Virus record (IMG/VR): IMGVR_UViG_3300029258_001319
Coordinates: 1 to 37,013 of that record
From: a virus
Lineage: Duplodnaviria; Caudoviricetes
Direction: 5' to 3' (one strand)
Length of the DNA stretch: 37,013 bases
This document shows positions 9,758 to 18,901 of this stretch, in pieces (position 1 is the stretch's first letter; the number at the start of each line of letters is the position of its first letter). The notes below the pieces were generated by a model. The model saw nothing but the letters and a program-made list of their open reading frames with translations. It had not been told where the DNA came from and did not search any database. The position numbers were made by a program, and so were the translations under genes.

Positions 9758-10132
9758 ATGGGAAGACCTAAGAAAAAAGAAATTGTTTTATCAAAAGACT
9801 CCGTTCTAAGTTTGATGCAAGAAATCTACAACGAACTTGTAGAGCAAAGGTCTACTGCCGTTAGAATTCAGAATAAAATGTTAACAATGTTAAAAGACCC
9901 TGAAGATATGACGGTCATTGGTCCTGTAATCAAAGAACAACAAAAGATTATAAATGATACTATTGAAAAGAAATTAACCCTTTCTAAATTACAATCTTCT
10001 ATTTGGGAAAAGGCTTCAAGTAATGATTCAGAAACCTTTAATCTTTCTGAAATGGATGATGATGTTCTACAAGCACTTATACAAAAAGATTTAGATAAAG
10101 ATGGTAAAGACGAGGGGTATAAAATAGACTAA
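9758..10132 (+). CDS. Hypothetical coiled-coil protein (possible small terminase-like)
   Basis: 124-aa helical ORF after a late motif. The function is a guess. Confidence 0.7.
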   Translation: MGRPKKKEIVLSKDSVLSLMQEIYNELVEQRSTAVRIQNKMLTMLKDPEDMTVIGPVIKEQQKIINDTIEKKLTLSKLQSSIWEKASSNDSETFNLSEMDDDVLQALIQKDLDKDGKDEGYKID

Positions 10133-10142
10133 TTATACCAAC

Positions 10143-12077
10143 ATGTCGATTGATTTAAGTCAAGATTATTCTACAATAAAGGCCAAGTTAAGTGCACTTA
10201 CAACAGTTTTAGAGAACGATAAGAATGAAAGTATTCTTAGAAAATCTAGAGATGGTAATGCTCAAGATTTAAATAATCAAGACATCAATAAACCAATCTC
10301 AGAGTTTAGTGATGGAGTATCAAAATCAATAAAAACTGTTAAGTCTCAATTTGACGAGTTAATAGATATATTTAAATATACTTTACCTAACGACCAATCA
10401 GGTTCTTATAATAGTACACTTATTCGTGTTTTTTCGTTAGCTGCGATAAACACTAAAGAAAAAATTTTACAAATATTAGTAGAAGAAGTTTTATCTGCGA
10501 TTGGATGTTCTCAAGAACAAACTTTTGTAATTAATGAACCTCTTTATATAAAAGTTGAGTCGATTGATTTATTTGACCAACTTAAAAATAATCCTAATGA
10601 AGAACCCAACGCCTTTTTATACGAAGAAACTCAAACCTCACCAGGTGCTTTACCGTTCTCAATGAATCGAGAAATATACAATCGTATTCAGGACCCTAAC
10701 GTAAGTTTAGAGGATAATACGGGTTCAAATTATATTGGAGCTTCTAATACTGAAATATTTGATTTTGAATACACAAAAAAAGATGCTCAAGGAAATGTAG
10801 GTAACTTTTTAAAAGTAACTCTTTTAAAAGATACGGGTGCAGTTAAAAGGATTTCTGATTTCTTAATGGATTACTACCAATCTATTGATATTTTAAACTT
10901 TGATATTTTAGTTGCGAATATTATGCAGTTAATGACTGGGTTTATTTCAATATCAGGTGGTATTTCAGAAGGTAAACAAATAGATATTTCAAGTTGGCAA
11001 AAACTAATAACTCGAATTATGGGGTTATGTTTTGATGATACTCAAGAAATTGCTGTGAGTGGTAATGCTAAGTTATCAGACTTAGGATTAATTGATGAAT
11101 CATTTTTTCAATTAACACCATTAGACTTAAGAAATATAGAATTAGAAACTGAAAATATAAGACAAGGTGTTGTTGAGTTTGAAGATTGTGATAATGTAAA
11201 ATTACCTATCAATGTGGAGTCTTTTAATTCTGCAATGAAAAATATTAGGTCTAAAGATTCAACAAATGGTAAAATTTTAGCCGTTGAAACATTTTTGTTT
11301 GACACCGCAAATAATAAAGATTGGAAAACTTTAACAGGACCTAAATTTAATTTAGACGCCGCATTAAAACTAGACTTTATTAAAGCACTTCCAAGAGCCG
11401 TAATGTCAACAATATTATCACCAAAAACTATGTTTGGTATTATGGTGGCTTTAAAGGCTTTAGGTTCATTAGTGGGTGATGGTATTGATAGTTTAATGAC
11501 ATTCATTAATAGATTTAAAAAATTTACAGTTAATCTAATGAGTAGAACTTTATCTATCTTTATTGAAGAACTATTTGATTTAATTAAAAAGAATATAAAA
11601 AATTTAGTTGCCGATATCTTAAGAAGAATTGTACAAGAAAGTAAGAATAAACAAGTACAAATGTACACATCAATTATCTATGCACTTTATTTACTTGTTA
11701 GTTTAATATTGGATTATCGAAAATGTAAGAGTATCGTAGATGAAATATTAGCACTTTTAAATTTAGGTCTTCAATCTTTAGGTTTGGGTAATATTAGTGT
11801 ACCTCTCCCATTATTGGCGGGAAGTGCAGTATTACCTGGTGTGTCAGATACAAGAGCATTTTCAAATGTTATAGAACAATTACAAAAATCAGGTCTACCA
11901 ACTGGTGACTTACCAGATGGTTCACCTAATCTTATGAATATAGGTATTTTTGGTATGGTTAAAGGTATGAATCAAGAACAGGCAGAAAACGGAAAAACTG
12001 ATGTATTTATACCACCATTAACTATTACACCCGCAGGTTTAACAGTACCAGCAAGAGGGTGGGGTAAATCTTTTTAA
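10143..12077 (+). CDS. Hypothetical protein, probably virion/baseplate
   Basis: 644-aa ORF in the operon upstream of the gp5-like gene. Confidence 0.75.
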   Translation: MSIDLSQDYSTIKAKLSALTTVLENDKNESILRKSRDGNAQDLNNQDINKPISEFSDGVSKSIKTVKSQFDELIDIFKYTLPNDQSGSYNSTLIRVFSLAAINTKEKILQILVEEVLSAIGCSQEQTFVINEPLYIKVESIDLFDQLKNNPNEEPNAFLYEETQTSPGALPFSMNREIYNRIQDPNVSLEDNTGSNYIGASNTEIFDFEYTKKDAQGNVGNFLKVTLLKDTGAVKRISDFLMDYYQSIDILNFDILVANIMQLMTGFISISGGISEGKQIDISSWQKLITRIMGLCFDDTQEIAVSGNAKLSDLGLIDESFFQLTPLDLRNIELETENIRQGVVEFEDCDNVKLPINVESFNSAMKNIRSKDSTNGKILAVETFLFDTANNKDWKTLTGPKFNLDAALKLDFIKALPRAVMSTILSPKTMFGIMVALKALGSLVGDGIDSLMTFINRFKKFTVNLMSRTLSIFIEELFDLIKKNIKNLVADILRRIVQESKNKQVQMYTSIIYALYLLVSLILDYRKCKSIVDEILALLNLGLQSLGLGNISVPLPLLAGSAVLPGVSDTRAFSNVIEQLQKSGLPTGDLPDGSPNLMNIGIFGMVKGMNQEQAENGKTDVFIPPLTITPAGLTVPARGWGKSF

Positions 12078-12079
12078 TT

Positions 12080-12280
12080 ATGGATGAGAACAAAATAAAA
12101 AACGTACTATTAGATTTTAAAAATAAGTCAAACAAAGAATTGACTGAAGCCATGGATTTTCTAAATGAAGATTTTGAAAAAACGAAAGAGTATATCGTAA
12201 AAATGACATATCATTTGGACGGTGTTGAAAGGGCTTACAATAAACTTTTAGAGGAATATCAAAAAAGAAATAAGAAATGA
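12080..12280 (+). CDS. Hypothetical coiled-coil protein
   Basis: 66-aa ORF with ATGA overlap into the next gene. Confidence 0.7.
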   Translation: MDENKIKNVLLDFKNKSNKELTEAMDFLNEDFEKTKEYIVKMTYHLDGVERAYNKLLEEYQKRNKK

Positions 12281-13911
12281 GTTTTGTTGATAACATAATA
12301 AACACTCAAATATTTTCTTCAGGTAGAGTTATTGATGTCAATGACCCCTTGATGTTGGGTAGGTTAAGGATTTTACCTGAAAACGATAATGATGAGGAAT
12401 TAAAAAAGTCATCAAAAGGTTTTGACCCTAACAGTCCAACTCCCGATAAGAATGGTCCGTGGTCAAATAAAGACCCTTTTTTGTTTCTTCCTTTATTACC
12501 TTTATTTATTAATCCCGTACCCAAACAAGATGAATATGTACATTTGTTCTATCAACATAGAGGTTCGAGAACATCAAAGAATAAGTACTATATTCAGGGA
12601 CCATTTGCCACACCAATTAATCTAAGTAGTGAATCCTTTGAAAATGCTAAAACACATTTAGATTCAGGTTCACGTACAAACCCACCAACAAACATAAAAG
12701 TTAATCTATCAACTCAAGGAGCTCAAAGGATACAAGAGGCAAGAAATAATTCAAGTCAAAATGAGGATAAGATTAATCTTGGATACACCAACGATAAAAC
12801 AAAAGGTGTATTTCCTGAACCTGGTGATAATGCACTATTGGGTAGAGGAAGTGCCGATGTTATTATAAAAGAAAATGAAGTTTTATTAAGGGCAGGAAAA
12901 TATAAAAATCTACAACCACCAAATATGCCAGATGCGAATGGTAGAAGAGCATTTGTTCAATTATCTAACTTCGACTTTACTAAAACATTAGGTGCCGAAC
13001 AAAAACGTAAACGTTTAGTTCAAAACAATACGTTTATAAAATACCTTATAGAATATAATATTTATAACCCTGAAAATACCCAAAATAATTTTAGGGGTGA
13101 TATTACACTATACGGATTACCAAGCCAAGTTCCTCAAGTAAATACTGCTAATTTTGACGTTGATACAGTATTAGACAATAGTCTAAAATCTTCTAAAATT
13201 ATTTCATCGTTTGAAAATAAATCATTAAGTCAGGTAGTTAATTTAATTAACGATTTTCTTTCAGAATTTAAAACAGGTGAGTTAGATAACGTTTTTGGTG
13301 TTAACGGATTCTTAAGAAATGGTGAGCAATACCCATTTTATTTTAGACCAAAACAAAACTTATTAAACATAACAAACCAAACAAGTTCGAATAGTGATGG
13401 TAATGCACTAAAAAATGTTGGTGAGATTTTAAATGATATTAAATTAAATCAATTAGACATAACACCTGGTTATAGTTTAGTATATAACGCCAAAGGTGAT
13501 GAATCAGTACCATATGAATTTGTGGATGATTCTTACTTTGATGAAGAAATAAATAGAGTCGATGAGAGTGTTGCTCTAATGGGGGGTAGAAAAGTATTTC
13601 TTTTATCTAACCAAACTTTAGGGACGGGTACCGCTAAAAAGGTTATCGATTTTTCTGACTTTGATGTTTATGGTATAACACAAGATAAAATATTCAGTGA
13701 TATTGAACCTAACACATCTTCATTAGTTAGAGGTGAAGAGTTGATGGAACTACTGAATCTTATTGTAAAGTTTTTAATAACCCACGTACACCCTTACCCA
13801 GGATTACCACCAGTACCAGTTTCTCAAGACGGGACAAGTAGTCAAGATTTACTTAAATCAATACTTGAGGCACAACAAAAAATCTTAAATGGAAATATTA
13901 GGATTAATTGA
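12277..13911 (+). CDS. Baseplate hub/central spike protein (gp5/gpV-like)
   Basis: N-terminal OB-fold motif GRVIDVNDPLMLGRLRI and C-terminal HxH (THVHP) spike-apex motif. Confidence 0.65.
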   Translation: MSFVDNIINTQIFSSGRVIDVNDPLMLGRLRILPENDNDEELKKSSKGFDPNSPTPDKNGPWSNKDPFLFLPLLPLFINPVPKQDEYVHLFYQHRGSRTSKNKYYIQGPFATPINLSSESFENAKTHLDSGSRTNPPTNIKVNLSTQGAQRIQEARNNSSQNEDKINLGYTNDKTKGVFPEPGDNALLGRGSADVIIKENEVLLRAGKYKNLQPPNMPDANGRRAFVQLSNFDFTKTLGAEQKRKRLVQNNTFIKYLIEYNIYNPENTQNNFRGDITLYGLPSQVPQVNTANFDVDTVLDNSLKSSKIISSFENKSLSQVVNLINDFLSEFKTGELDNVFGVNGFLRNGEQYPFYFRPKQNLLNITNQTSSNSDGNALKNVGEILNDIKLNQLDITPGYSLVYNAKGDESVPYEFVDDSYFDEEINRVDESVALMGGRKVFLLSNQTLGTGTAKKVIDFSDFDVYGITQDKIFSDIEPNTSSLVRGEELMELLNLIVKFLITHVHPYPGLPPVPVSQDGTSSQDLLKSILEAQQKILNGNIRIN

Positions 13912-13919
13912 TATTTATA
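13912..13919 (+). promoter_or_regulatory. Candidate late promoter TATTTATA
   Basis: Recurrent motif, 15 nt before ATG 13935. Confidence 0.55.
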
Positions 13920-13934
13920 ATTTAAAAGGAACAG

Positions 13935-15449
13935 ATGTCAATTCACAAATCTTATTTTAGTAAAAGTAATACGATAATTTACAACTCTTATACCAATACA
14001 GGTCAAAACCCTATTGTGGAATTATTTTATGGTAGAGTTGACGATGTTATTGCACCTAAAGGTTATAGTAGATACTTGTTTGACATCGATACCACAACTT
14101 TACAAGAAAAATTTGATAACGGTACAATTTCAACAGGTTGTACAACAACAGGTATAACACATACCTTAAGAATGACAAACACATCAGCATTTGATACTGA
14201 TTTATTAAATACAAAAACTTCACAAGGTAGAAGAAGAGCCACATCGTTTGATTTAATTCTTTTTAAAGTACCAAAAGTATCGGGAACTACAGGTGATGAC
14301 CAAACATGGGATTCAGGTGTAGGGTATGATTATTATCAAAATTCAAAAACACTTAATAGTAGTAACGCTATGAGTGTTCCTGATTCGATAGAAACAGATA
14401 AAAGCTTTTCAGACAGGCCATCAAATTGGTTTCAAAGAACAACAATCGATGATTGGTCAGTTGCAGGTTTATACGACAATACAAACTCTCAAACAGGTTC
14501 AACTGTAGGTTTAAATTACTCAGCAATTACTATTATTGATACTCAACATTTTGAGTTTGGTAATGAAGATATTGAATTTGATATGACAGACGAGATAAAC
14601 TCATTACTTACAGGTGGTACAACAACTGCAGGTTATGGTGTTGCATTTTTACCTCAAGTTGAAAACATTAGTGGGTTAACAGAAAACTATTCTGTTGGGT
14701 TCTTTTCTCCTCACACACAAACTTTCTATGAGCCTTATTTAGAAACAGATTATAATGATTTAATATTAGATGATAGAAATGTTTTTTATCAAGGTAAAAC
14801 AAATTACCTATATCTATATTCTTACATTAATGGTAACCCAACTAATTTTGACTCAACGCCAACGGTTGATATTTTAGACGGAAACGGGGATGAAGTTGAA
14901 GGATTTACTGGACTTTCTAGTTGTTTAGTCACAGAGGGTGTTTACAGAGTTGAAGTTAGTGGATTAACAGCAACTACTGTTCCGTGTTTTTATTATGACA
15001 AATGGGATAACATAACTATAAATGGTGAATCTATAAGTGCTATTGAAAATGAGTTTGTACTTAAATCTTCAGATGGATACTATCAAATAGGTACAAGAAC
15101 TGAACAACCAAAAATTTATGGTTTTGACTATAGTGGAATCAAACAAGACGAAAAAATATTAAATACTGACGTTAGAAATGTTAGTGTATACATCAAAAAG
15201 GCATATTCAGTAAATGAAGTTGTTAATAACATAGAAGCGTTCTATAGAATATATGTCATGGAGGGTACAACCGAAGTACAAGTACAAGATTGGACTCAGA
15301 TTAACAGAACTCCTGACGGATATTACTTTGTATTTGATACTAGAGATAAGATACCAAATGAATATTTTGTCGACATGAAAGTGAATACTGACAGAAATGT
15401 TGATACTTATAAAAGAACACTTAAATTCCAAATCGTAAATAAGAAATAA
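13935..15449 (+). CDS. Virion structural protein (Thr/Ser/Gly-rich, beta-rich)
   Basis: 504-aa ORF with structural-protein composition, preceded by the late motif. Confidence 0.65.
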   Translation: MSIHKSYFSKSNTIIYNSYTNTGQNPIVELFYGRVDDVIAPKGYSRYLFDIDTTTLQEKFDNGTISTGCTTTGITHTLRMTNTSAFDTDLLNTKTSQGRRRATSFDLILFKVPKVSGTTGDDQTWDSGVGYDYYQNSKTLNSSNAMSVPDSIETDKSFSDRPSNWFQRTTIDDWSVAGLYDNTNSQTGSTVGLNYSAITIIDTQHFEFGNEDIEFDMTDEINSLLTGGTTTAGYGVAFLPQVENISGLTENYSVGFFSPHTQTFYEPYLETDYNDLILDDRNVFYQGKTNYLYLYSYINGNPTNFDSTPTVDILDGNGDEVEGFTGLSSCLVTEGVYRVEVSGLTATTVPCFYYDKWDNITINGESISAIENEFVLKSSDGYYQIGTRTEQPKIYGFDYSGIKQDEKILNTDVRNVSVYIKKAYSVNEVVNNIEAFYRIYVMEGTTEVQVQDWTQINRTPDGYYFVFDTRDKIPNEYFVDMKVNTDRNVDTYKRTLKFQIVNKK

Positions 15450-15931
15450 TGAGAAGCGAAAGATATATGTTTTTTAGTAATCTACAACAAATGAGAAGAC
15501 AATGTGATTTGTTGTTAGATTTAGACAAGGATATGGTTGAATCTATTTTAGATGATGGTCATGATTGGGCTCAAGACCACATTGCAGAGGCCAAAAACAA
15601 TTTAGACCAAGTTTTTGATTTCATGATGAATGAAACAAAAAAAAGTGGTATGCAACTCTCTATGAATATAGATGATGTTGACATGATTGAAGAAAGAAAA
15701 TTACTTGAACAAATTATACGAAGAGTTATTGACGAAAAGAAAAAGAAATCAAAAAAGAAGAAAAAAGACACAACACTTTGTGCTAGAGGTAAACGAGCAG
15801 CTAAAGCTAAGTTTGAAGTTTATCCATCAGCTTACGCTAACGGATATGCGGTACAGGTGTGTAAGGGTACAATGCCAGGATTAGACGGAAAGAAAAAATG
15901 CTCAGGAAAATATTGTTCAGGTAAAAAATAA
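15449..15931 (+). CDS. Hypothetical protein with a basic, Cys-containing C-terminal domain (DUF5872-like)
   Basis: LCARGKRAAKAKFEVYPSAYANGYAVQVCKG follows a poly-Lys linker. Confidence 0.7.
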   Translation: MRSERYMFFSNLQQMRRQCDLLLDLDKDMVESILDDGHDWAQDHIAEAKNNLDQVFDFMMNETKKSGMQLSMNIDDVDMIEERKLLEQIIRRVIDEKKKKSKKKKKDTTLCARGKRAAKAKFEVYPSAYANGYAVQVCKGTMPGLDGKKKCSGKYCSGKK

Positions 15932-15943
15932 TTCATATATTTG
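15913..15943 (+). promoter_or_regulatory. Bacteroidota primary-sigma promoter (TTG-N20-TATATTTG)
   Basis: TTG at 15913-15915 and TATATTTG at 15936-15943, 26 nt before ATG 15970. Confidence 0.6.
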
Positions 15944-15969
15944 AATCAACTTTTTTAACCTTCAACAAA

Positions 15970-16137
15970 ATGTCACAAACAACTTATCAATTAACAAAGG
16001 ATGAGAAAATAGTTATGGAAACTCAAGCATTAGATGCTGAAAGAGCTATCGACTATTTTTACTTAGACCATCCTGAAATGTTTACAGAACAAGGGTATTC
16101 TGTAAGGATTAAGAAAAAAGAAAAAGAGGGTGTTTAG
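15970..16137 (+). CDS. Small hypothetical protein, 55 aa (not in the ORF track)
   Basis: MSQTTYQLTKDEKIVMETQALDAERAIDYFYLDHPEMFTEQGYSVRIKKKEKEGV. It has its own promoter and terminator and fills the intergenic gap. Confidence 0.65.
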   Translation: MSQTTYQLTKDEKIVMETQALDAERAIDYFYLDHPEMFTEQGYSVRIKKKEKEGV

Positions 16138-16149
16138 ACCCTCTTTTTT
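16121..16149. terminator. Bidirectional intrinsic terminator
   Basis: AAAAAGAGGGT-GTTTAG-ACCCTCTTTTT at the convergence point. Confidence 0.75.
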
Positions 16150-16697
16150 ATTTCACGTAATACCCAATTATATCCGGCATTTCCACCCCTCAATAACCAC
16201 TCAACATATTTGTGGTCTTCGTGTGGTTTACCCTTTTTAGATTCACTTAACACAACATTAGTTTTGTGTGAATCAAAAAATTGTTTAAATTCTTTTAATA
16301 CTTCAATGTTTACAGAATCTGAATTAGATATTCTTTCAAACATAAGATAAGATTTTCTATTATTTCTAAGGTATTTTAAACCCTTTTTAATGTTATTTTT
16401 AACAGATTCAGGGATACGTACTTTACCAATACTTTCGTCAATAACGATTTTAAGGTCACCAGTACCTTTAATTACTCTATGATATGTCATCTTAGGGATA
16501 AAGTATTTAAGTCCCTCCTGCAAGACCACAGGTATGTCATTGTCCATTTGTAACATCCAATTAGACCCTGACTCCACAAAAACAATACGGTCTTCACGGT
16601 CACGGTGCCAAATTAACTCTTCAGAATCCACGTTTTCTTTAAAAACTCTTCTGAACTTATCCTTACCTAATTCTTCGTTACTATAAACCATTACCAA
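16134..16697 (-). CDS. Cupin-like domain fused to a phage head-associated domain
   Basis: WHRDREDR...FIPKMTYHRVIKG (cupin-like) and C-terminal YVEWLLRGGNAGYNW. Confidence 0.6.
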   Translation of the reverse strand: MVMVYSNEELGKDKFRRVFKENVDSEELIWHRDREDRIVFVESGSNWMLQMDNDIPVVLQEGLKYFIPKMTYHRVIKGTGDLKIVIDESIGKVRIPESVKNNIKKGLKYLRNNRKSYLMFERISNSDSVNIEVLKEFKQFFDSHKTNVVLSESKKGKPHEDHKYVEWLLRGGNAGYNWVLREIKKRV

Positions 16698-18256
16698 AAT
16701 CTTCCTGGTACATTCTTACCAAAATCTTTATGCGCTCTACACGCCCAATATCCTGCTTTAGTTTTATCCTTTTTCTTTGCACATTGATGTCTTGCCGCAA
16801 ATGACTTACGAGCTGCAGGGTCATTCCACTTGGCTGTCATTACAGGGGAACCGTAACTTACCTTTTTAATCTTACCAGTTTTAGGGTTACGAACATATAC
16901 ATACCATTTCTTTGGACCCCCACTTTTAGGTTTATTTAACTCAACCTTTTTACCTTTATATTCGGCTTCATTTACCATAGGAAAATCTAATGGTAATCTT
17001 TCACCTTCATAAATGAAGAATTTACCCAAGTCACTTTCCAATAATTCAACATCTTCTTCGTTATTGTATTGACCTTCATTATAAAGTTCTCTGGCTTCTT
17101 TAATCACCTCAAAGTACTTTTCACTACCCACTCTAAATACATTCTCAGATAATGGGATATTATTATCAATATGGTATTGTAACCCCTCAGATATCTGTGG
17201 TCTGTTTTTAAGTTTGTTAAGTTCTTTTATTATACTTTCTTTCATGGTTGTAGGTTTTTTCTTTCTAATTTGTTCACCGTTTTCAGAAATAAACTTATAA
17301 AAGTAATCAACCATTTTTTGACGTTTAGGATGTTTCATTCTTAATGATAAATAGGTTCTTAGTAGATTGTCATCCATATAACCATCCCACATAACTTCAA
17401 AGATATCGGCATGCATTGCAAATGGTTCCACATCATACCCTTTTAATTGTTCCTTTAATGAGGGTTTTTCTTTATTCTGTGAGGGTTTATCCATTTTTTT
17501 GTAGTAGTCGTTGTAATACCTCATTAACATGTAGTAATCACCACCCCTATCAACTTTCTCAAACTCATTTGATAACCACTGTTCTCCATTTAAATATTCT
17601 GTGTTTAACTCATCATAAACCAACAACCTACCAGGTCCTTCACCCCATCCACGATATAATCCAAACTTAGAATTACCCATTTCTTTAGCCAATTCTTTAT
17701 CTCTAATTATTAGATATACTAAAACACCACCAATAATATGCTCTTCAAACATATCATCACTATCTCTATTTGTTGTACACCACTTAGTACCTGCACCATA
17801 CTTACACGATGCGTTATGTGTTAAAGGTGCAACCAACAAATACTTTTCGTCTCTGAATAAATCGTCATATTCTTTTGAGTCCACTTTGAACTTCTCAGTA
17901 ACCAAGTTAACCAATCTATCTATAGATTCTTTTTTAGATTTTTTCTTGTAGTTTTTAATTTTAATTCTTGTAGGCTTTTGACCCTTTCCTGATTGGGGGT
18001 CTTTCTTTTCCTTTTCTCTTTTTCTTCTACATGCAGAATCTTTTTCTTTTTGTGACATCTTACCAGCAACACCAGCACCTCTACAAACAGGATATGAACC
18101 TTTATCTGCATCACTCCTACCACAAGGGGGGTGTCCACCACCTTTTTTCTTCTTACAAATATTTACCCAAGGTCCTTTTGGTTGTGAAGAACCTTTCTTC
18201 TTCTTTTTCTTACCAAACCAAACGGCTAAATCTTCACTTAAAATATATTCTGACAT
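16691..18256 (-). CDS. Multidomain putative internal head protein (basic Cys domain, SCKYGAGTKWC domain, DUF6321-like C-terminus)
   Basis: Motifs PPCGR...YPVCR, ASCKYGAGTKWCTT and ARKSFAARHQC...AGYWAC. Several (I/L/V)xE sites lie between domains. Confidence 0.7.
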   Translation of the reverse strand: MSEYILSEDLAVWFGKKKKKKGSSQPKGPWVNICKKKKGGGHPPCGRSDADKGSYPVCRGAGVAGKMSQKEKDSACRRKREKEKKDPQSGKGQKPTRIKIKNYKKKSKKESIDRLVNLVTEKFKVDSKEYDDLFRDEKYLLVAPLTHNASCKYGAGTKWCTTNRDSDDMFEEHIIGGVLVYLIIRDKELAKEMGNSKFGLYRGWGEGPGRLLVYDELNTEYLNGEQWLSNEFEKVDRGGDYYMLMRYYNDYYKKMDKPSQNKEKPSLKEQLKGYDVEPFAMHADIFEVMWDGYMDDNLLRTYLSLRMKHPKRQKMVDYFYKFISENGEQIRKKKPTTMKESIIKELNKLKNRPQISEGLQYHIDNNIPLSENVFRVGSEKYFEVIKEARELYNEGQYNNEEDVELLESDLGKFFIYEGERLPLDFPMVNEAEYKGKKVELNKPKSGGPKKWYVYVRNPKTGKIKKVSYGSPVMTAKWNDPAARKSFAARHQCAKKKDKTKAGYWACRAHKDFGKNVPGRFW

Positions 18257-18289
18257 ACTTGATTTTTTTGTCTATTTTCTTATATATAT

Positions 18290-18297
18290 TATAAATA
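18290..18297 (-). promoter_or_regulatory. Candidate late promoter TATTTATA
   Basis: 33 nt before ATG 18256, in a divergent intergenic region. Confidence 0.45.
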
Positions 18298-18313
18298 TCA
18301 ACGAAAACAGATT

Positions 18314-18595
18314 ATGGAAGATAACAAAGAACAAATTCAAGAACAACCACAACCTGCAGGTACGTTGTTTGAAATTATTAATTACTATTCAAATGACGAC
18401 CTAAATAAATTCATTGACTTAATGAATCAGGAACAAGCATTATACAGTGTAATTCAAGCCGCACGTTCAGCACACCGTAGAGGTGTTTATAATATGGAGG
18501 AAGCTGAGGTTATTTCTAAAGCTATTAGAATCTTAACAACACCACCACCATTAGAAAACGATTTACCTGACCCTGAAATTCACAAATCAGAGTGA
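18314..18595 (+). CDS. Hypothetical protein
   Basis: 93-aa ORF followed by a terminator. Confidence 0.75.
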   Translation: MEDNKEQIQEQPQPAGTLFEIINYYSNDDLNKFIDLMNQEQALYSVIQAARSAHRRGVYNMEEAEVISKAIRILTTPPPLENDLPDPEIHKSE

Positions 18596-18609
18596 TAAAA
18601 TTTTTTATT

Positions 18610-18635
18610 GAGGACTTATTAGTCCTCTTTTTTTT
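18610..18635 (+). terminator. Intrinsic terminator
   Basis: GAGGACT-TATT-AGTCCTC followed by T8. Confidence 0.8.
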
Positions 18636-18658
18636 GCATTAATTAAATTAAAACAGAT

Positions 18659-18850
18659 ATGGATAATAGAGAATTAAGTTCAAGAATTTCAAAAATAGAT
18701 AGTGAAATTACTTTTGCAGTATTAGACGGACACCGACCACATGACATGGATAAGTTTAGAGAACACAGAAGAGAATTAGTAAAATTAAGGTGTGAGTATT
18801 TTGGTGAAGATTCACCAATATGTAAAAATGAAAGAAAAAATTTCAGATAA
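18659..18850 (+). CDS. Small hypothetical protein
   Basis: 63-aa ORF filling the space between two terminators, with an A-rich start context. Confidence 0.6.
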   Translation: MDNRELSSRISKIDSEITFAVLDGHRPHDMDKFREHRRELVKLRCEYFGEDSPICKNERKNFR

Positions 18851-18851
18851 T

Positions 18852-18880
18852 AAAAAAGGGGACCAAACGGTCCCCTTCTT
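18852..18880. terminator. Intrinsic terminator of the capsid transcript (probably bidirectional)
   Basis: AAGGGGACC-AAAC-GGTCCCCTT with a T6 tract on the - strand. Confidence 0.85.
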
Positions 18881-18901
18881 ATTTATTCAGTTTGAGTTAA
18901 A

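Noticed and set aside
11108-11668. 186-aa - strand ORF
   Set aside because: It is fully antisense to the 644-aa gene and has no motif or expression signal.
13925-13930. AAAGGA SD-like word before ATG 13935
   Set aside because: It is an isolated occurrence among SD-less genes and could be chance.
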